From: Eledone cirrhosa
Taxonomy: Eukaryota
Assembly: GCA_964016885.1 (NCBI GenBank)
Contig: OZ024741.1
Span: 31,558,001-31,622,000, forward strand
Direction: 5' to 3'
DNA length: 64,000 nucleotides
The translations under genes and the position numbers were made by a program. Under the pieces are notes generated by a model. The model made no database searches, was not told the origin of the DNA, and saw only the letters and a list, made by a program, of their open reading frames with translations. This document shows positions 27,353-39,984 of this stretch, piece by piece. Each line of letters opens with the position of its first letter. The first letter of the stretch is position 1.

Positions 27353-28861
27353 TCAGGTTATAAATTGGGTGTTGAGTTCTAGTCTATTATTGATTGGTGG
27401 TTGTGTTTTATCTATAATTAGTGCTTCCTTAATTATAAGATTGCCGAGGTTTCTTTCCTTTGTTTCTATCCTAACTGTTATGGTTTTGTCGGTGTTTTTG
27501 CATTTAACTAGGTGTTTCTTAAATGAGGAAGCGTTAGTATTGAGGTGTTCTTTTATTCTTATGTGGAGTGGTCTGGTGGTGCTACCTACGTAGAAGTTGT
27601 TGCATTTGTCACACTCTAGTCTGTATACGACGTAAGCCTGGTGGCATAGGTCTGTGTCGTTGATGGGGCAGTTGGCTAGTCTGCAGCAGTTGTCATGTCT
27701 GGTGGAGTGTCTTTTGGTTAGCTGTCCGCGTAGAGAAGGACCTGAGTGGGCCAGTTGGATATCTAGTCCCTCTCGTCTGATGGCTCTGCGGATGGCTGTT
27801 GTTGTTTCTTCACTGAAGTGTGGGAGCTTCAGGAAGCAAGTGTTAGTGCCTCGGGTGTGGTGTCCTCTGTTCTTTCTGGCACGGTTTGTGGTGGATGTCG
27901 TGTATCCGTTCAGTTTGAGTACTTCCAGGAAATGTGTGGTGTGTGTGTCTCGGTCTCTAGCGTCGATGCATTTGTTCCAGATACGTGCCAGTTCGTTCCT
28001 TATGTATCCGAACTTGGCACCGAGTGGGAGGGCCGATCTGAAATGTACGAACAGGTCCCTGCTGGCGGCTTTTTTATAGAAGCAGGTGTGGATGTTGCCT
28101 TCCTCTGTTACCCTGAGTTGGAAGTCCAGTAGGGATAGGGATCCGCGGTCATCGGGGTGTTCCATGCTGAACTTTATACTGGCGTCCATGCTGGAGAATG
28201 TTGTGTATATTTTATCTGCCTCCTCACGGGATGATGTAAGGATGAGTATGTCATCTACATATCGGGTGAAGAAGGCATGGGAATGGCAGGTGTTGAGGGC
28301 TCGGAATTCTAGCTGGTTCATGTAGGTGATGGCCAGCAGGCCCGATAGGCTGGATCCCATGGGTAATCCTGTTGTCTGTCTGTATGTGTGGTGGTGGAAG
28401 GTGAAGTACGTGTTGTCTACTGTGAAGGACAAAAGCTGGTGTATGTCCGTCGGGTGGAGGCCGTAGCAGTGGATGTCCTCTGCGACCACGCAGTCCGTCA
28501 ATAAATCGACAGCTGGATGAGCGGGGACTGTAGTGTAGAGGGAGACAACGTCGAGGCTAAAAGCGTATTTATTTAGTTTAAGTTGTTCTGGCTGGAGTTG
28601 GTGTAGTCTACGTATAACTTTGTCGGAGCTACTGACATGCCCGGGAAAGGTGGAGAGTAGAAGCTTGAGGACCTGGGAGAGGAGCCAGGAAATTTTGTAT
28701 AGGGGTCCTTCTACGCCAGAGACGATGGGTCTTATTTGCGTCTTAGTACTATTCTTGTGGGTCTTGATGAGGTGGTAGAAAGTGGGCAGTCTGCTATTTC
28801 TAGTGGTGTAGTTGAGCTTAACTTTATTTGGGAGTTGTCTTCTCCTACAGTAGTCTCCCAC
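27353..28861 (-). CDS. PLE reverse transcriptase + GIY-YIG endonuclease (N-truncated, open frame)
   Basis: SLDVVSLYT, GLPMGSSLS, RYVDD, VVYRLECDKCNNFYVGSTTR..RIKEH. Confidence 0.9.
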   Translation of the reverse strand: MGDYCRRRQLPNKVKLNYTTRNSRLPTFYHLIKTHKNSTKTQIRPIVSGVEGPLYKISWLLSQVLKLLLSTFPGHVSSSDKVIRRLHQLQPEQLKLNKYAFSLDVVSLYTTVPAHPAVDLLTDCVVAEDIHCYGLHPTDIHQLLSFTVDNTYFTFHHHTYRQTTGLPMGSSLSGLLAITYMNQLEFRALNTCHSHAFFTRYVDDILILTSSREEADKIYTTFSSMDASIKFSMEHPDDRGSLSLLDFQLRVTEEGNIHTCFYKKAASRDLFVHFRSALPLGAKFGYIRNELARIWNKCIDARDRDTHTTHFLEVLKLNGYTTSTTNRARKNRGHHTRGTNTCFLKLPHFSEETTTAIRRAIRREGLDIQLAHSGPSLRGQLTKRHSTRHDNCCRLANCPINDTDLCHQAYVVYRLECDKCNNFYVGSTTRPLHIRIKEHLNTNASSFKKHLVKCKNTDKTITVRIETKERNLGNLIIKEALIIDKTQPPINNRLELNTQFIT

Positions 28862-29017
28862 ACACTTAAACAGGCATGTATATAAAAAAAAACCTAAACA
28901 AACCCCTTTTAAAGGGAGACAACTCTTTATCCACCTAATTTTAACTCTTTGACATTAGACTTCCTGTCAGCATTGCGTTGCAAGATATTTAGAACGCTGG
29001 TTTGAGACATTTATTTC

Positions 29018-29052
29018 CCTCTGAAGAAGAGATATTATCTCGAAAATTAAGG
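29018..29052 (+). ncRNA. Minimal hammerhead in pLTR (mirror 26942-26976 minus)
   Basis: CCU-CUGAAGA-aGAGAUauuAUCUC-GAAA-AU-UA-AGG; palindromic AAUU stem III. Confidence 0.75.
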
Positions 29053-29235
29053 ACATTTAAATAAATCTAAGGTAAAGGACGAATTGTCAACAATATCTTT
29101 TGCAATTGCATTCTTTTTTCTATGTCCATACCTGCATTGTTTTGGCTTTATTATACATATTCAAACGTTTCGACCTCATTATACAATGCTTCAAGTGAAC
29201 TATAACCTCCTCCATATATATATATATATATATAT

Positions 29236-30649
29236 TATGAAGAGAGAAGAAACATTTAGATATAATTAGTAATAAAATGTATCATACCTAAACTGTTCCT
29301 AAATTCCTCGACTACGTAGTTTCGTGGCATAAACAAAAACAATATATCAAAGATATAGAGTCCTTGCGAGGTCTGCCGACTTATCAAGAGGATACCTCAT
29401 TTTACTAGTCTCAAGAACGCGTCTACACGACGTGAGAAAGAATCCCAAAAGGCGGAGGGGGAGACAGTCACGCGATATAACGGTCGAGAAACAGAGCTAA
29501 GCCTCTTATAACCACGAAGAAAATACCACGGAGGCGGAGGGGGTATTCATATCGAGGGGGTATTCATTCTACGGCCTCGATATGAATACCCCCTCCGCCT
29601 CCGTGGTATTTTCTTCGTGGTTATAAGAGGCTTAGCTCTGTTTCTCGACCGTTATATCGCGTGACTGTCTCCCCCTCCGCCTTTTGGGATTCTTTCTCAC
29701 GTCGTGTAGACGCGTTCTTGAGACTAGTAAAATGAGGTATCCTCTTGATAAGTCGGCAGACCTCGCAAGGACTCTATATCTTTGATATATTGTTTTTGTT
29801 TATGCCACGAAACTACGTAGTCGAGGAATTTAGGAACAGTTTAGGTATGATACATTTTATTACTAATTATATCTAAATGTTTCTTCTCTCTTCATAATGT
29901 ATTTTTAACTCTGATACTGGTTCAGTCTGGTTCAAACTGAATTGGTCTGTCCCAGTCATTCATTGAGCAACATCGGTGAAGTTGGCACCCTTAACTCTCA
30001 GTTGGGTGCGGATGCATTCATGTATATATGTGTGTGTCCGCATGTATCTGTGTGTTTCTAAATATATTAATAACTCCCTCTGGTCGAGCAATCTTTGAGG
30101 TGTGGGGACAACTGGAAAGCTTCCATTACTCATACTTCTCGCCTTCTTCACTACCTCTTCTACGGCCTCGATATGAATACCCCCTCCGCCTCCGTGGTAT
30201 TTTCTTCGTGGTTATAAGAGGCTTAGCTCTGTTTCTCGACCGTTATATCGCGTGACTGTCTCCCCCTCCGCCTTTTGGGATTCTTTCTCACGTCGTGTAG
30301 ACGCGTTCTTGAGACTAGTAAAATGAGGTATCCTCTTGATAAGTCGGCAGACCTCGCAAGGACTCTATATCTTTGATATATTGTTTTTGTTTATGCCACG
30401 AAACTACGTAGTCGAGGAATTTAGGAAGAGTTTAGGTATGATACATTTTATTACTAATTATATCTAAATGTTTCTTCTCTCTTCATAATGTATTTTTAAC
30501 TCTGATACTGGTTCAGTCTGGTTCAAACTGAATTGGTCTGTCCCAGTCATTCATTGAGCAACATCGGTGAAGTTGGCACCCTTAACTCACAGTTGGGTGC
30601 GGATGCATTCATGTATATACGTGTGTGTCCGCATGTATCTGTGTGTTTC

Positions 30650-30655
<6 letters not shown>
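29236..30655 (+). mobile_element. Non-coding 591-nt tandem unit (~1.8 copies, 29569-30655) with inverted arm 29236-29556; retrozyme-like
   Basis: Constant offset of 591 between copies; one hammerhead per copy; no recognisable ORF. Confidence 0.85.
29740..29827 (+). ncRNA. Type I hammerhead with U3-A8 core (copies 30331-30418 plus, 29305-29392 minus)
   Basis: UCCUC-UUGAUAA-GUcGGCA..UGCCAC-GAAA-CUACGUAG-UC-GAGGA; GUC cleavage triplet. Confidence 0.8.
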
Positions 30656-30740
<85 letters not shown>

Positions 30741-31054
30741 ATATATGAAAACAGGGAGAAAGATTCGATTATGAGGAAGAAAAATATATATTTTTTTTAC
30801 TTTTTTTTGTCTCTCTCTCTCTCTCTTTTCTGGGTTAGAAAATGATTAAAACGAGATGTTTTACTTTGTGTGAAGTGTTAAGGTATTAGTTGATTTATTT
30901 ATTATTTAACAGTGGCATTTATTTATCTATTTATATATTTAATTATTGTTTATTACCGGTTTCTGCATTTATATGCATTATCAAATGATAGTGAAATATA
31001 TTAGTGTGGTGTCGCACATGTTAAACAGAAAGTGCAGAAAGAATAATTTTATAT

Positions 31055-32260
31055 ACAATCTGGGACTGCCATGGGCTCGAAGTGGCCCCCTCATACGCCA
31101 ACCTTGTCATGGGATATTTGGAAACCATTCTCTACCGCAAAGTTCTAGACAAATTACACAACCACTTCTACCAACACATAGAAAAGAACTGGAAGAGATA
31201 TCTGGACGACTGCTTCATGCTCTGGCATGAAAGTATAGATAGACTGTTTGAGTTCAAAACCCTTCTGAAGGAGCTCAACACTAACTTACAATTCACAATG
31301 GATTACAGCCATGAACAACTCCCTTTCCTTGACATCCTCATCAAGAAAACAAGCAACAAAATAGAAACAGACATATACTACAAACTCACAGATTCCAAAC
31401 AATACCTTCCATTCAACTCGTGCCACATCAAAATGGCAATTCCTTATAACCTAGCCAGAAGGATCTGCACAATAGGTTCAGATAAATACACATGCTACAC
31501 CCCACTAGAAGAATTAAAAAACACACTTATCAGCAGAAACTACCCACCATCCCTAATCACCAATGGATTCCAACGTGTCCTAAAACTAGACATCCAGGAA
31601 CTCAGACACCCCAAACCCAGGAGTGAACCGCAACAAAAAACTCTACCATACATCTCCACACACAACCCCCTCAACAATGAGGCATTCGATACCATCCTCC
31701 AGAACATTCCCTTACTAAAAAGAGACCCAAGAATGAACAATATCCTCCAAACACACAACATCATAAAGAGCAAAAGACAACCCAAATCCATAAAAAAACA
31801 TCCTCACACAAGCCAAAATCCAACAAACCTTCACAATAAAACCTACAGTAACAAAAGGCCCAACTGTGGCATGTGCATAAATCTAATAGAAGGTTCAACA
31901 TTCCATTTTAAACAAGGACAACGTTTCACAGTTAAACACAACTTTACATGTGCATCTGAAAACCTTATCTATGTTTTGACTTGCTCAGGTTGTCTAGAGT
32001 ACTATATAGGACAGACAAAAAACAGCCTCCGTCAACGTATGACCGTCCACAAATAACAAATTAAAATACAGGAATACAGAAAGATTGCATTTAGTGAACA
32101 TATCACCAATTGTGCTCTCAACCAACTTCCAAACTTTAAAATTTTCCCAATTTACAAATTCATAGACAACGCTACTTTCATCCAACGCACCAATAAGGAA
32201 ACACATTTCATTAATAAATTTCAACCAGTACTCAATTCCCTGAAATTCGGAGCTTTCTAA
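31055..32260 (+). pseudogene. PLE RT/GIY-YIG remnant
   Basis: GTAMGSKVAPSYANL, RYLDD, LIYVLTCSGCLEYYIGQT; premature stop at 32056. Confidence 0.88.
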
Positions 32261-32678
32261 AACTGCAACAAACCATCAAATATTTACAAGAATTACCTCC
32301 CTCACACCCTACCTAATCCTTTTTCTTAAATAAATTAAATATCACCCAGCAAAAATTGCTTCCCACTGCATATTAACTCTCTAAAAAGGGAAATCATATC
32401 AAACCACAGTCCACCATTTGCCTCCTTCACGGAACCATGGTTCGACTAAACACTCTTGCGATATTAACACATTTTGAACTGCTTAACTTCAATGACTGTG
32501 CTTGTAAATAACATTAACTTTTCTTCCACATTGACTTTTTACGTTCCACATTATGCACGTTTTTTTTTTTCCTTTTTCTTTTTTCTTTTCGCTTCTTAAA
32601 CCTTATTTGTATATAACATTATTCTTTCTGCACCTTCTGTTTAACATGTGCGACACCACACTAATACATTTCACTATC

Positions 32679-32713
32679 ATTTGATAATGCATATAAATGC
32701 AGAAACCGGTAAT
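32679..32713 (+). ncRNA. Minimal hammerhead-like motif with U3-A8 core (mirror 30952-30986 minus)
   Basis: AU-UUGAUAA-UGCAUauaaAUGCA-GAAA-CCGG-UA-AU; stem I only 2 bp. Confidence 0.55.
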
Positions 32714-32977
32714 AGACAATAATTAAATATATAAATAGATAAATAAATGCAATTGTTAAATAATAAATAAATCAACTAATACCTTAATACTTCACACACA
32801 GTAAAACATTTCGTTTTAATCATTTTCTAACCCAGAAAAGAGAGAGAGAGAGACAGAAAAAAGTAAAAAAATATATATTTTTCTTCCTCATAATCGTCTC
32901 TTTCTCCCTGTTTTCATATATATATATATATATCCTAACTCGTGTGCCTCCTCTCCAAATTATATTATTATTATTAA

Positions 32978-33163
32978 GGCCGTGGATTGGCAGTATTGGT
33001 AGAGTGTCGGATGCCATGCTTTGGCGCATAGAGTTACGGCCCTTGCCATTCTGAGTTCAAATTCCGCCGACGTTAACTTTGCCTTTCATCCTTACGGGGT
33101 CGATAAAATAAAGTACCAGTAATACACTGGGTAATTGCTGGCCTTGTGCCTAACGTAGAAACA

Positions 33164-33180
<17 letters not shown>
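32978..33180 (+). mobile_element. tRNA-derived SINE
   Basis: A/B boxes and (TTA)n tail. Confidence 0.85.
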
Positions 33181-33244
<64 letters not shown>

Positions 33245-33247
<3 letters not shown>

Positions 33248-35580
33248 GGCGGTGAGTTTTATTGTAGTACAATAAAGCAATGCAGATATCGGATAAGTAG
33301 CACTCTACAGTTTGTAGGACTGGAGTATAAATAATATATAAGATCAAAAGAGGGTTAAAAGGGTTCCATGTATTTTATTATGCGCATTTCAAAAACAAAT
33401 ATCAACACGCGATGGCATTTGCGTTTTCGTCAGATAAAATAGGGAGACATGATATGAAGGTTAAAAAACACTTGTGAACAGTGCAGTTTTAAATCAACAT
33501 ATGAAAAGTAGTTTTAGATTGATGTGTGATATTGGGAACAAAATCGAGGGGGGGGGGGGTGGAAAGGATAAAAAAGAGGAGGAGATAAGAGTAAAAAATG
33601 GAGGAGGAGGAGTATAATAAGGAAGGATGAGATAGGAGGAGAGATGGGTGATAGAGAGAGAGAGAGATAGCTTTTATAACTGAGAAAAATATATTGTTTT
33701 ACAGAGAGAGGTTAAAAAACCGTTGGAAGATAATATATAAATTAAAAGAATTTGAAAATTAACGAAGAGAAAAATTTAAGAATATTCCTATCGTAAATAA
33801 CTTCTCCAATCCAATTCCTCCTATAGATAACACTAGGTCACTTGTTAATAACTCTGTTAATCTCTCTAATCGCAATTGTAATTGCACTGTTAAAAATATA
33901 TGTCCTCTCAACAACCATTGTCTTGAAAAAAACTTAATCTATGAATGTAAAGTTATAACTGACACCAATTCCTTTACCTATTTTGGCTCCACTTTCACCT
34001 CCTTTAAAGCTCGTCTTTATAATCATCATTCTTCTTTTAAATACCAACTTAAAAGAACCAAAACGGCACTCTCAGAACTGATATGGTCCTTGAAAGACAA
34101 AAATATTAACTATAACATCTCTTGGAGGAAGGTTTGTTCTGCTTCTCCATACTCGAATGCCGCTCTATCCAAAACATGTAATCTCTGTTTATGTGAGAAA
34201 TTTACCATTATATCTAATTTAGATTCCATAATAAATAGACACACTGACTTGTTTTCTCTCTGCTTGCATAAATTCCACAGAACATTCCATAAAGTATACA
34301 GCTAATATCTAATACTTTACCAATTTAAAATTCCTTTTTCTCAAAGGCACATATATATATATATATTTCTTTAAAAATATACCCATCTTTCTACCTTATT
34401 TCAATGTTATTTATTATACATTATATAATACTAGTTACTCATTCTATATCACTCCTATTTCTCACTTCCCTTTCTTCCTTTTTTTCCTTTTTTCTTTTAA
34501 TTTCTAGCCTCTAATCTGTACCTTTTCTTCCTAGATACTTCTCAATTCTCATTATTACTCACCACAATATATCTACTCTTCCTTCTTCCATCCTATCACT
34601 GGCCATAAAACTTACTATTACCCTTTTAAATACTTTATAGTATCACCTTGAAAAATCCATCGTAAACATAAACATTCTTTTTGACGTTAGATTATTCATC
34701 CTCAATTCATTATTTTTTCTCCCTTTCATGCTCGTCTAACTTCTACATATTACACATCACAACACATAAAATCAAACTTAAACCCTAACTAATATCCTTT
34801 ATTACATTATATTGTTACTATTAGGAAATACTTCATAAACATACATATTTTGATGTTAAGGTCTTCTCCTTAAACACTATCTCCTTCTTTGCTTTCTGCG
34901 CTCATTTGTAAACAAACTATTTACATATATTAATTCATCCACTCTTCTACTTCTTTTCACAATATGTCCTTAATTACATTACTATTTTTATTTTTTTAAT
35001 AATACATATCAACAATTTCTTTCCATCGCACATATTAAACCCTTCAATATTCAAACCTTAACTTAATATTATTCTTAATACATATTAACAATTTCTTTTC
35101 ATCGCACATATTATTAAACCCTTCAATATACAAACCTTAATTAAACATTATTCTTAAATTTTTCTCTTCGTTAATTTTCAAATTCTTTTAATTTATATAT
35201 TATCTTCCAACGGTTTCTAACCTCTCTCTGTAAAACAATATATTTTTCTCAGTTATAAAAGCTATCTCTCTCTCTCTATCACCCATCTCTCCTCCTATCT
35301 CATCCTTCCTTATTATACTCCTCCCCCCTCCATTCTTTACTCTTATCTCCTCCTCTTTTTCACCCCCCCCCCCTCAATTTTGTTCCCAATATCACACATC
35401 AATCTAAAACTACTTTTCATATGTTGATTTAAAACTGCACTATTCACAAGTGTTTTTTAACCTTCATATCATGTCTCCCTATTTTATCTGACGAAAACGC
35501 AAATGTCATCGCATGATGATATTTGTTTTTGAAATGCGCATAATAAAATACATGGAACCCTTTTAACCATCTTTTGATCT

Positions 35581-35585
<5 letters not shown>
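33245..35585 (+). mobile_element. 5' truncated family A PLE (GIY-YIG end 33785-34305 + 3' UTR) with inverted pLTR 33245-33785
   Basis: Homologous to the reverse complement of 58400-59920; arm 33338-33785 mirrors 35150-35585. Confidence 0.9.
35480..35550 (+). ncRNA. Type I hammerhead, family A (also ~33370-33440 and ~58430-58501 minus)
   Basis: UAUUUUAU-CUGACGA-aaacgCAAAUGUCAUCgcauGAUGAUAUUUGuuuuu-GAAA-UGCGCA-UA-AUAAAAUA. Confidence 0.85.
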
Positions 35586-35632
<47 letters not shown>

Positions 35633-36614
35633 ATAATAATAAATGTGAAGACTAAAATCCAAAGATGGCTCGATAAAGATAAATACTAACGTTAATAAAT
35701 AAATAAATAAATATATATATATATATATATATGGGGGGGGGGGGTATACCGGAAAATCTGAAAATAAATAAATAAACAAGACTTAGTCATTGAAAGTTTA
35801 TCTAATAAAGGGAGATTGCATCCAAGAATGTAATATATTTAAACAATTACATAAGTCAGTATAGAATATCTAAGAATTCAAGGATAGATATTACATTATC
35901 ACTTTAAGTAATGTTTAAAAACAGAAATGTTTCTGTAGTTGAGTGGTAGATATTTTTGTCATATGACTGTAAATTGTAAATGGCTTACAGTGGTAAAAAT
36001 TTAATCTCGAAAGAAGTAGCAAAAAATTTATTTTTTCTTTAGTTAAATCTTTCGCTGGGTAATTGAAGAAGTTAGAATGTAGCAAATCAAAGCAGAGTAC
36101 CAAAAGTAAAAAAAATGTATTAAATAGTAAACGTAATCTTAGTTGCGATATACGTATGTATGGAGCCGTAACTCCTGAGGATGTCGTAAGAACACCGCAT
36201 TAACATAGGGTATTTCTAGGACATTTTCTTAACCTGGTGGAGCGCATCTTCTCTCCTGACAAAATTATGTACTTATACTATATATATATATAGTAATAAT
36301 AATAAATTTGAAGACTAAAATCCAAAGAGGGCTCGATAAGGATAAATATATATCAATATATATATATATATATTATTAGAAAGTGAGTTTTTTTTTACAA
36401 AATGAAAAATAACCGAGGTGTCCTACACGAGTAAAAGCATAAAGAAAAAAAGATGAAATCGAAAATGCAACTGGAGTCTTATTTTTAAAAAAATATATAT
36501 ATTTATTTGGTTCCTTTACCGGTTTCGCAGTTCTTCTGTTTTTCAAAAGTAGAGTTGAGATGGAGGGGCTGTGGTTTTTCTCATATAAATATATATATAT
36601 ATGTATATATATAT

Positions 36615-38775
36615 CCCCTGATGAGTCCCCTGGTCTCGTCGGACGCCTCATCGTAGCGAAGGGGTGCCAACCACTAATCTCAGTGGGCAAAGTATCGGCA
36701 AATACAGGCGTAGGGTTAGCACCCCGGCACTGCTGTAAACATTCTAACCGCTAAAGAAACACCAAGAAAATAAAAAGAAAAAGAACAAAAATGAACGGCG
36801 TAAAGATGAAGGCGTGGGAAACACGCCACTCTTGACGGACCTCGACCAAAGACGAAGGTACGTTGGGGTTCCGATGAGCCGGATTCTGAGCACCAAAACA
36901 AAGATGCCAATTGGAACTTGGAACGTGCGTACACTATACCAGGCGAGTTCGACCATATCGGAGGAAGAAAAGAGATGCCGTATACCACCAAATCAACTGT
37001 CTGGTAAAGCGAAGCTGCCAGCGGGACAAACGTGACTGGCTGGAAAAAAAAGGTCCTGAGGCAGAGGAAGCTGCTGGTCGAAACGACACAAAAGCACTGT
37101 TCCATATCGTGAAGGAGTTGACAGGAATGTGGAGCGGTTCCAGCATGCCAGTGAAGGAGGAAAATGGCAAGACCTTGACCACTGGAGCGGAACAGGAGCA
37201 GAGATGGATGGAGCACTTCCGGGAGACGCTGAACCAACCAAATCCGGTCGCCCTGATAGACTTGACCGCACCACAGACTCCAGCAACAACTGAGGTACTC
37301 AAAGTCTGCGAGGACCATAGCACCAAGCAAGAGACGAGAGATGCGATTAGCCACTTGAGGAACGGCAAAGCAGGCGGACTGGATGAGATCTCTGCTGAGC
37401 TGCTCAAATTCGGTGAAGAGAGCACGATAACGGCGTTGATAGACTTGATGAACCACTGCTGGAGGCTTGGTTAGGTTCCCCTTGAGTGGCAGCGTGGTGT
37501 CATCGTGAAACTGCCGAAGTAGGGAAACCTAGCAGACTGCAACAACTGGCGTGGTATCACATTGCTCTTAGTTCCAGGCAAGGCCTTCTGCACTGTGCTG
37601 CTGCGTCGACTCCGGCAGGCTGTCAACTCTGTGCTCCAGGAAGAACAAGCCGGCTTCCAAAAAATTCGATCTTGCACGGAACAGATCTTTACACTACGCA
37701 ACATTCTCGAACAATGCGTTGAATTACAACAGCCTTTGGCGGTCAATTTTATTGATTTCCAGAAGGCATTCGACAGTGTACACTGGGAGTTGCTGTGGAA
37801 TGTTGCGCAACTGTACGGCATTCCTGCAAGATTCATCGCCATTTTCAAGGCTTGTATGAAAACTCCAGCTGCTGCGTGCGGACTGAGTCCGATATGACGG
37901 AGTTCTTTGACATTGTCTCCGGAGTCAGACAGAGTTGCATTCTCTCTCCACTGTTGTTCCTGCTGTCAGCCAATTTCGTACTAAGGCCAATGGATGAAGA
38001 ACCTGGAGGGCAGTCGGGCTGAGGGACCTGGCATTCGCCGATGACATCGCTTTGATCGCAGATCTGCAGGCCCTAACAACATCCCTACAAGAGAGTGCCT
38101 AAAAGATCGGCCTGAGAATCAACACCAAAAAGACCAAGGTCATGAGAACAGCCAGCAACACAGGTCTAGTGATCAGAGTCAACCAACAGGACCTCGAGGA
38201 AGTCGATCACTTCACCTATCTGGGCAGCATCCTGACAAGCAGCGGCGACTTGGAGCTCGACATCAACTGTCGGATCGGCAAAGGAGTCGCAGTTTTCAAG
38301 CGGCTGTGCCCAGTCTGGTCGTCTTCATACATTAGCACCAAGATCAAGCTCCGCCTGTACAAGAGCATCGTGCTACCGACAGTGCTTTATGCGAGCGAGA
38401 CCTTGAAGAGTACGGCAAACATAGAGAGACGGCTGAAAGCTTTCCACCAGCGGTGCCAGCGAAAGATCATTCCTGTGTTCTGGCGCGACCGACTGCGAAA
38501 CGAGGAGATCCTGCGAGGAGCCGAGTCGTGGGCGCTACAGAGAGTGGTCACGGAGCGTCGGTGCCGTCTGGCTGGCCAAATGAACGGCATTCGAAAACAG
38601 CGATGAACTGGACTCCGCCAGGCGGTAAACGGGGGCGGGGTTGCCCAAGGATCACCTGGCGACGAACGTTCCGGAAGGAGCTGATGGCTGCCAACATCAC
38701 CTGGCAAGGTCTCGAAAAAGTTGCCGCTGATCGCGACCGTTGGCGAGTACTTACTGCGGAAGAATCTAAGACTAA

Positions 38776-38778
<3 letters not shown>
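36615..38778 (+). mobile_element. RTE-clade LINE, internally deleted and decayed
   Basis: IGTWNVRTL (start of APE endonuclease), NWRGITLL, EEQAGF, FIDFQKAFDSV, FADD, FTYLGS, LYASET; stops and frameshifts; ctaaga repeat tail. Confidence 0.9.
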
Positions 38779-38811
<33 letters not shown>

Positions 38812-38889
38812 TATTTATGTATAAGAATATATATAAGATAAGGGTAATATTATATATTACCCGATTACCTCAATGTAAAATATCAAGTA

Positions 38890-39079
38890 TAATTGTTTCT
38901 ACTTTTGGCACAAGGCCAGCAATTATCCCAGTGCATTACAGGTACTTTATTCTATTGACCCTGTAAGGATTAAAAGGCGAAGTTAACCTCGGTGGAATTT
39001 GAACTCAGACTGTAAAGGGGCATAACTCTATGCTGCAAAGCATGGTGTCTGACCCTCAACCGATACTGCCAATCCACCC
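38890..39079 (-). mobile_element. tRNA-derived SINE
   Basis: Same family as 9140-9321. Confidence 0.85.
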
Positions 39080-39381
39080 CCTACCCTAAAATATCAAGTA
39101 AAATACAGAGCAGAAATACAAATACAATATACAAGATATCCTGCTAAATGTTCAAGTGAATAGGAATATATTTGTTTTAACCTTTATATGCTCCGATGAA
39201 ACCAGACTTATATTTGGATGAAACGTTTGGATGAGTTATTATAATTGATTAGTGGAAAATGTTTGGTACACGGCTGTCAGCTGCTTACTAACAAATATTA
39301 AACTAACTAATGCACAAAACATTTAACTTTATTGTGTTAATCAATAGAAATATTTCTAGAGTTATTATTCTAGAGTTATTA

Positions 39382-39576
39382 GGGCGGTGGATTGGCAGTA
39401 TGGTTGGAGGGTCGGACGCCATACTTTGACGTATAGAGTTACGGCCCTTTCCATTCTGAGTTCAAATCCCGCCGAGGTTAACTTTGCCTTTCATCCTTAC
39501 GGGGTCGATAAAATAAAGTACCAGTAATACACTGGGATAATTGCTGGCCTTGTGCCAAAAGTAGAAACAATTATTA
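39382..39576 (+). mobile_element. tRNA-derived SINE
   Basis: A box TGGCAGTATGGTTGG and B box GAGTTCAAATCCC. Confidence 0.87.
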
Positions 39577-39937
39577 CGGTTTCAATTATGTGGCAAATAT
39601 TGCATATATAGCGATATCATTGCTGGGTTAAATGTTCTGTTATATTTACTGGAGATGTGGCTGTTAAACTTTATGTGAAAAAATACTTATTTGATGAAAA
39701 CATTAGAATTCGGTAATTAATCTGTGAGAGGAATTATATCCACGCTGGGTAAAAAAAAAAATATATAGATATGTGTGTGTGTGTGTATGTGTGTGTGTGC
39801 TTGTGTTTTTATGTGGGCAGGTAGCGAGAGAGAAAGAAAGGGAACCGTCCCTGGTTTATTATTAAGTTATATTACACACTCCCACATATCTTCACGTAAG
39901 CACGGACTTATATTTGTATTTAGATATTTATATGTTT

Positions 39938-39982
<45 letters not shown>

Positions 39983-39984
39983 GA

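Larger units (their letters stand above)
26823..29213 (-). mobile_element. Penelope-like element, 5' truncated, with inverted pLTR (26823-27163 / 28857-29213)
   Basis: 502-aa RT+GIY-YIG ORF bracketed by inverted terminal copies. Confidence 0.93.
30744..32918 (+). mobile_element. Penelope-like element, 5' truncated, with inverted pLTR (30744-31053 / 32612-32918)
   Basis: RT C-half and GIY-YIG between inverted copies. Confidence 0.92.

Noticed and set aside
29236-29897. Palindromes as assembly or amplification chimeras
   Set aside because: Most arm pairs differ by substitutions/indels and breakpoints recur by family; the near-identical pairs should still be confirmed with long reads
39188-39236. 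CCGATGA..GAAACGTT motif
   Set aside because: Single copy, altered core and no convincing stem I; at most a decayed HHR
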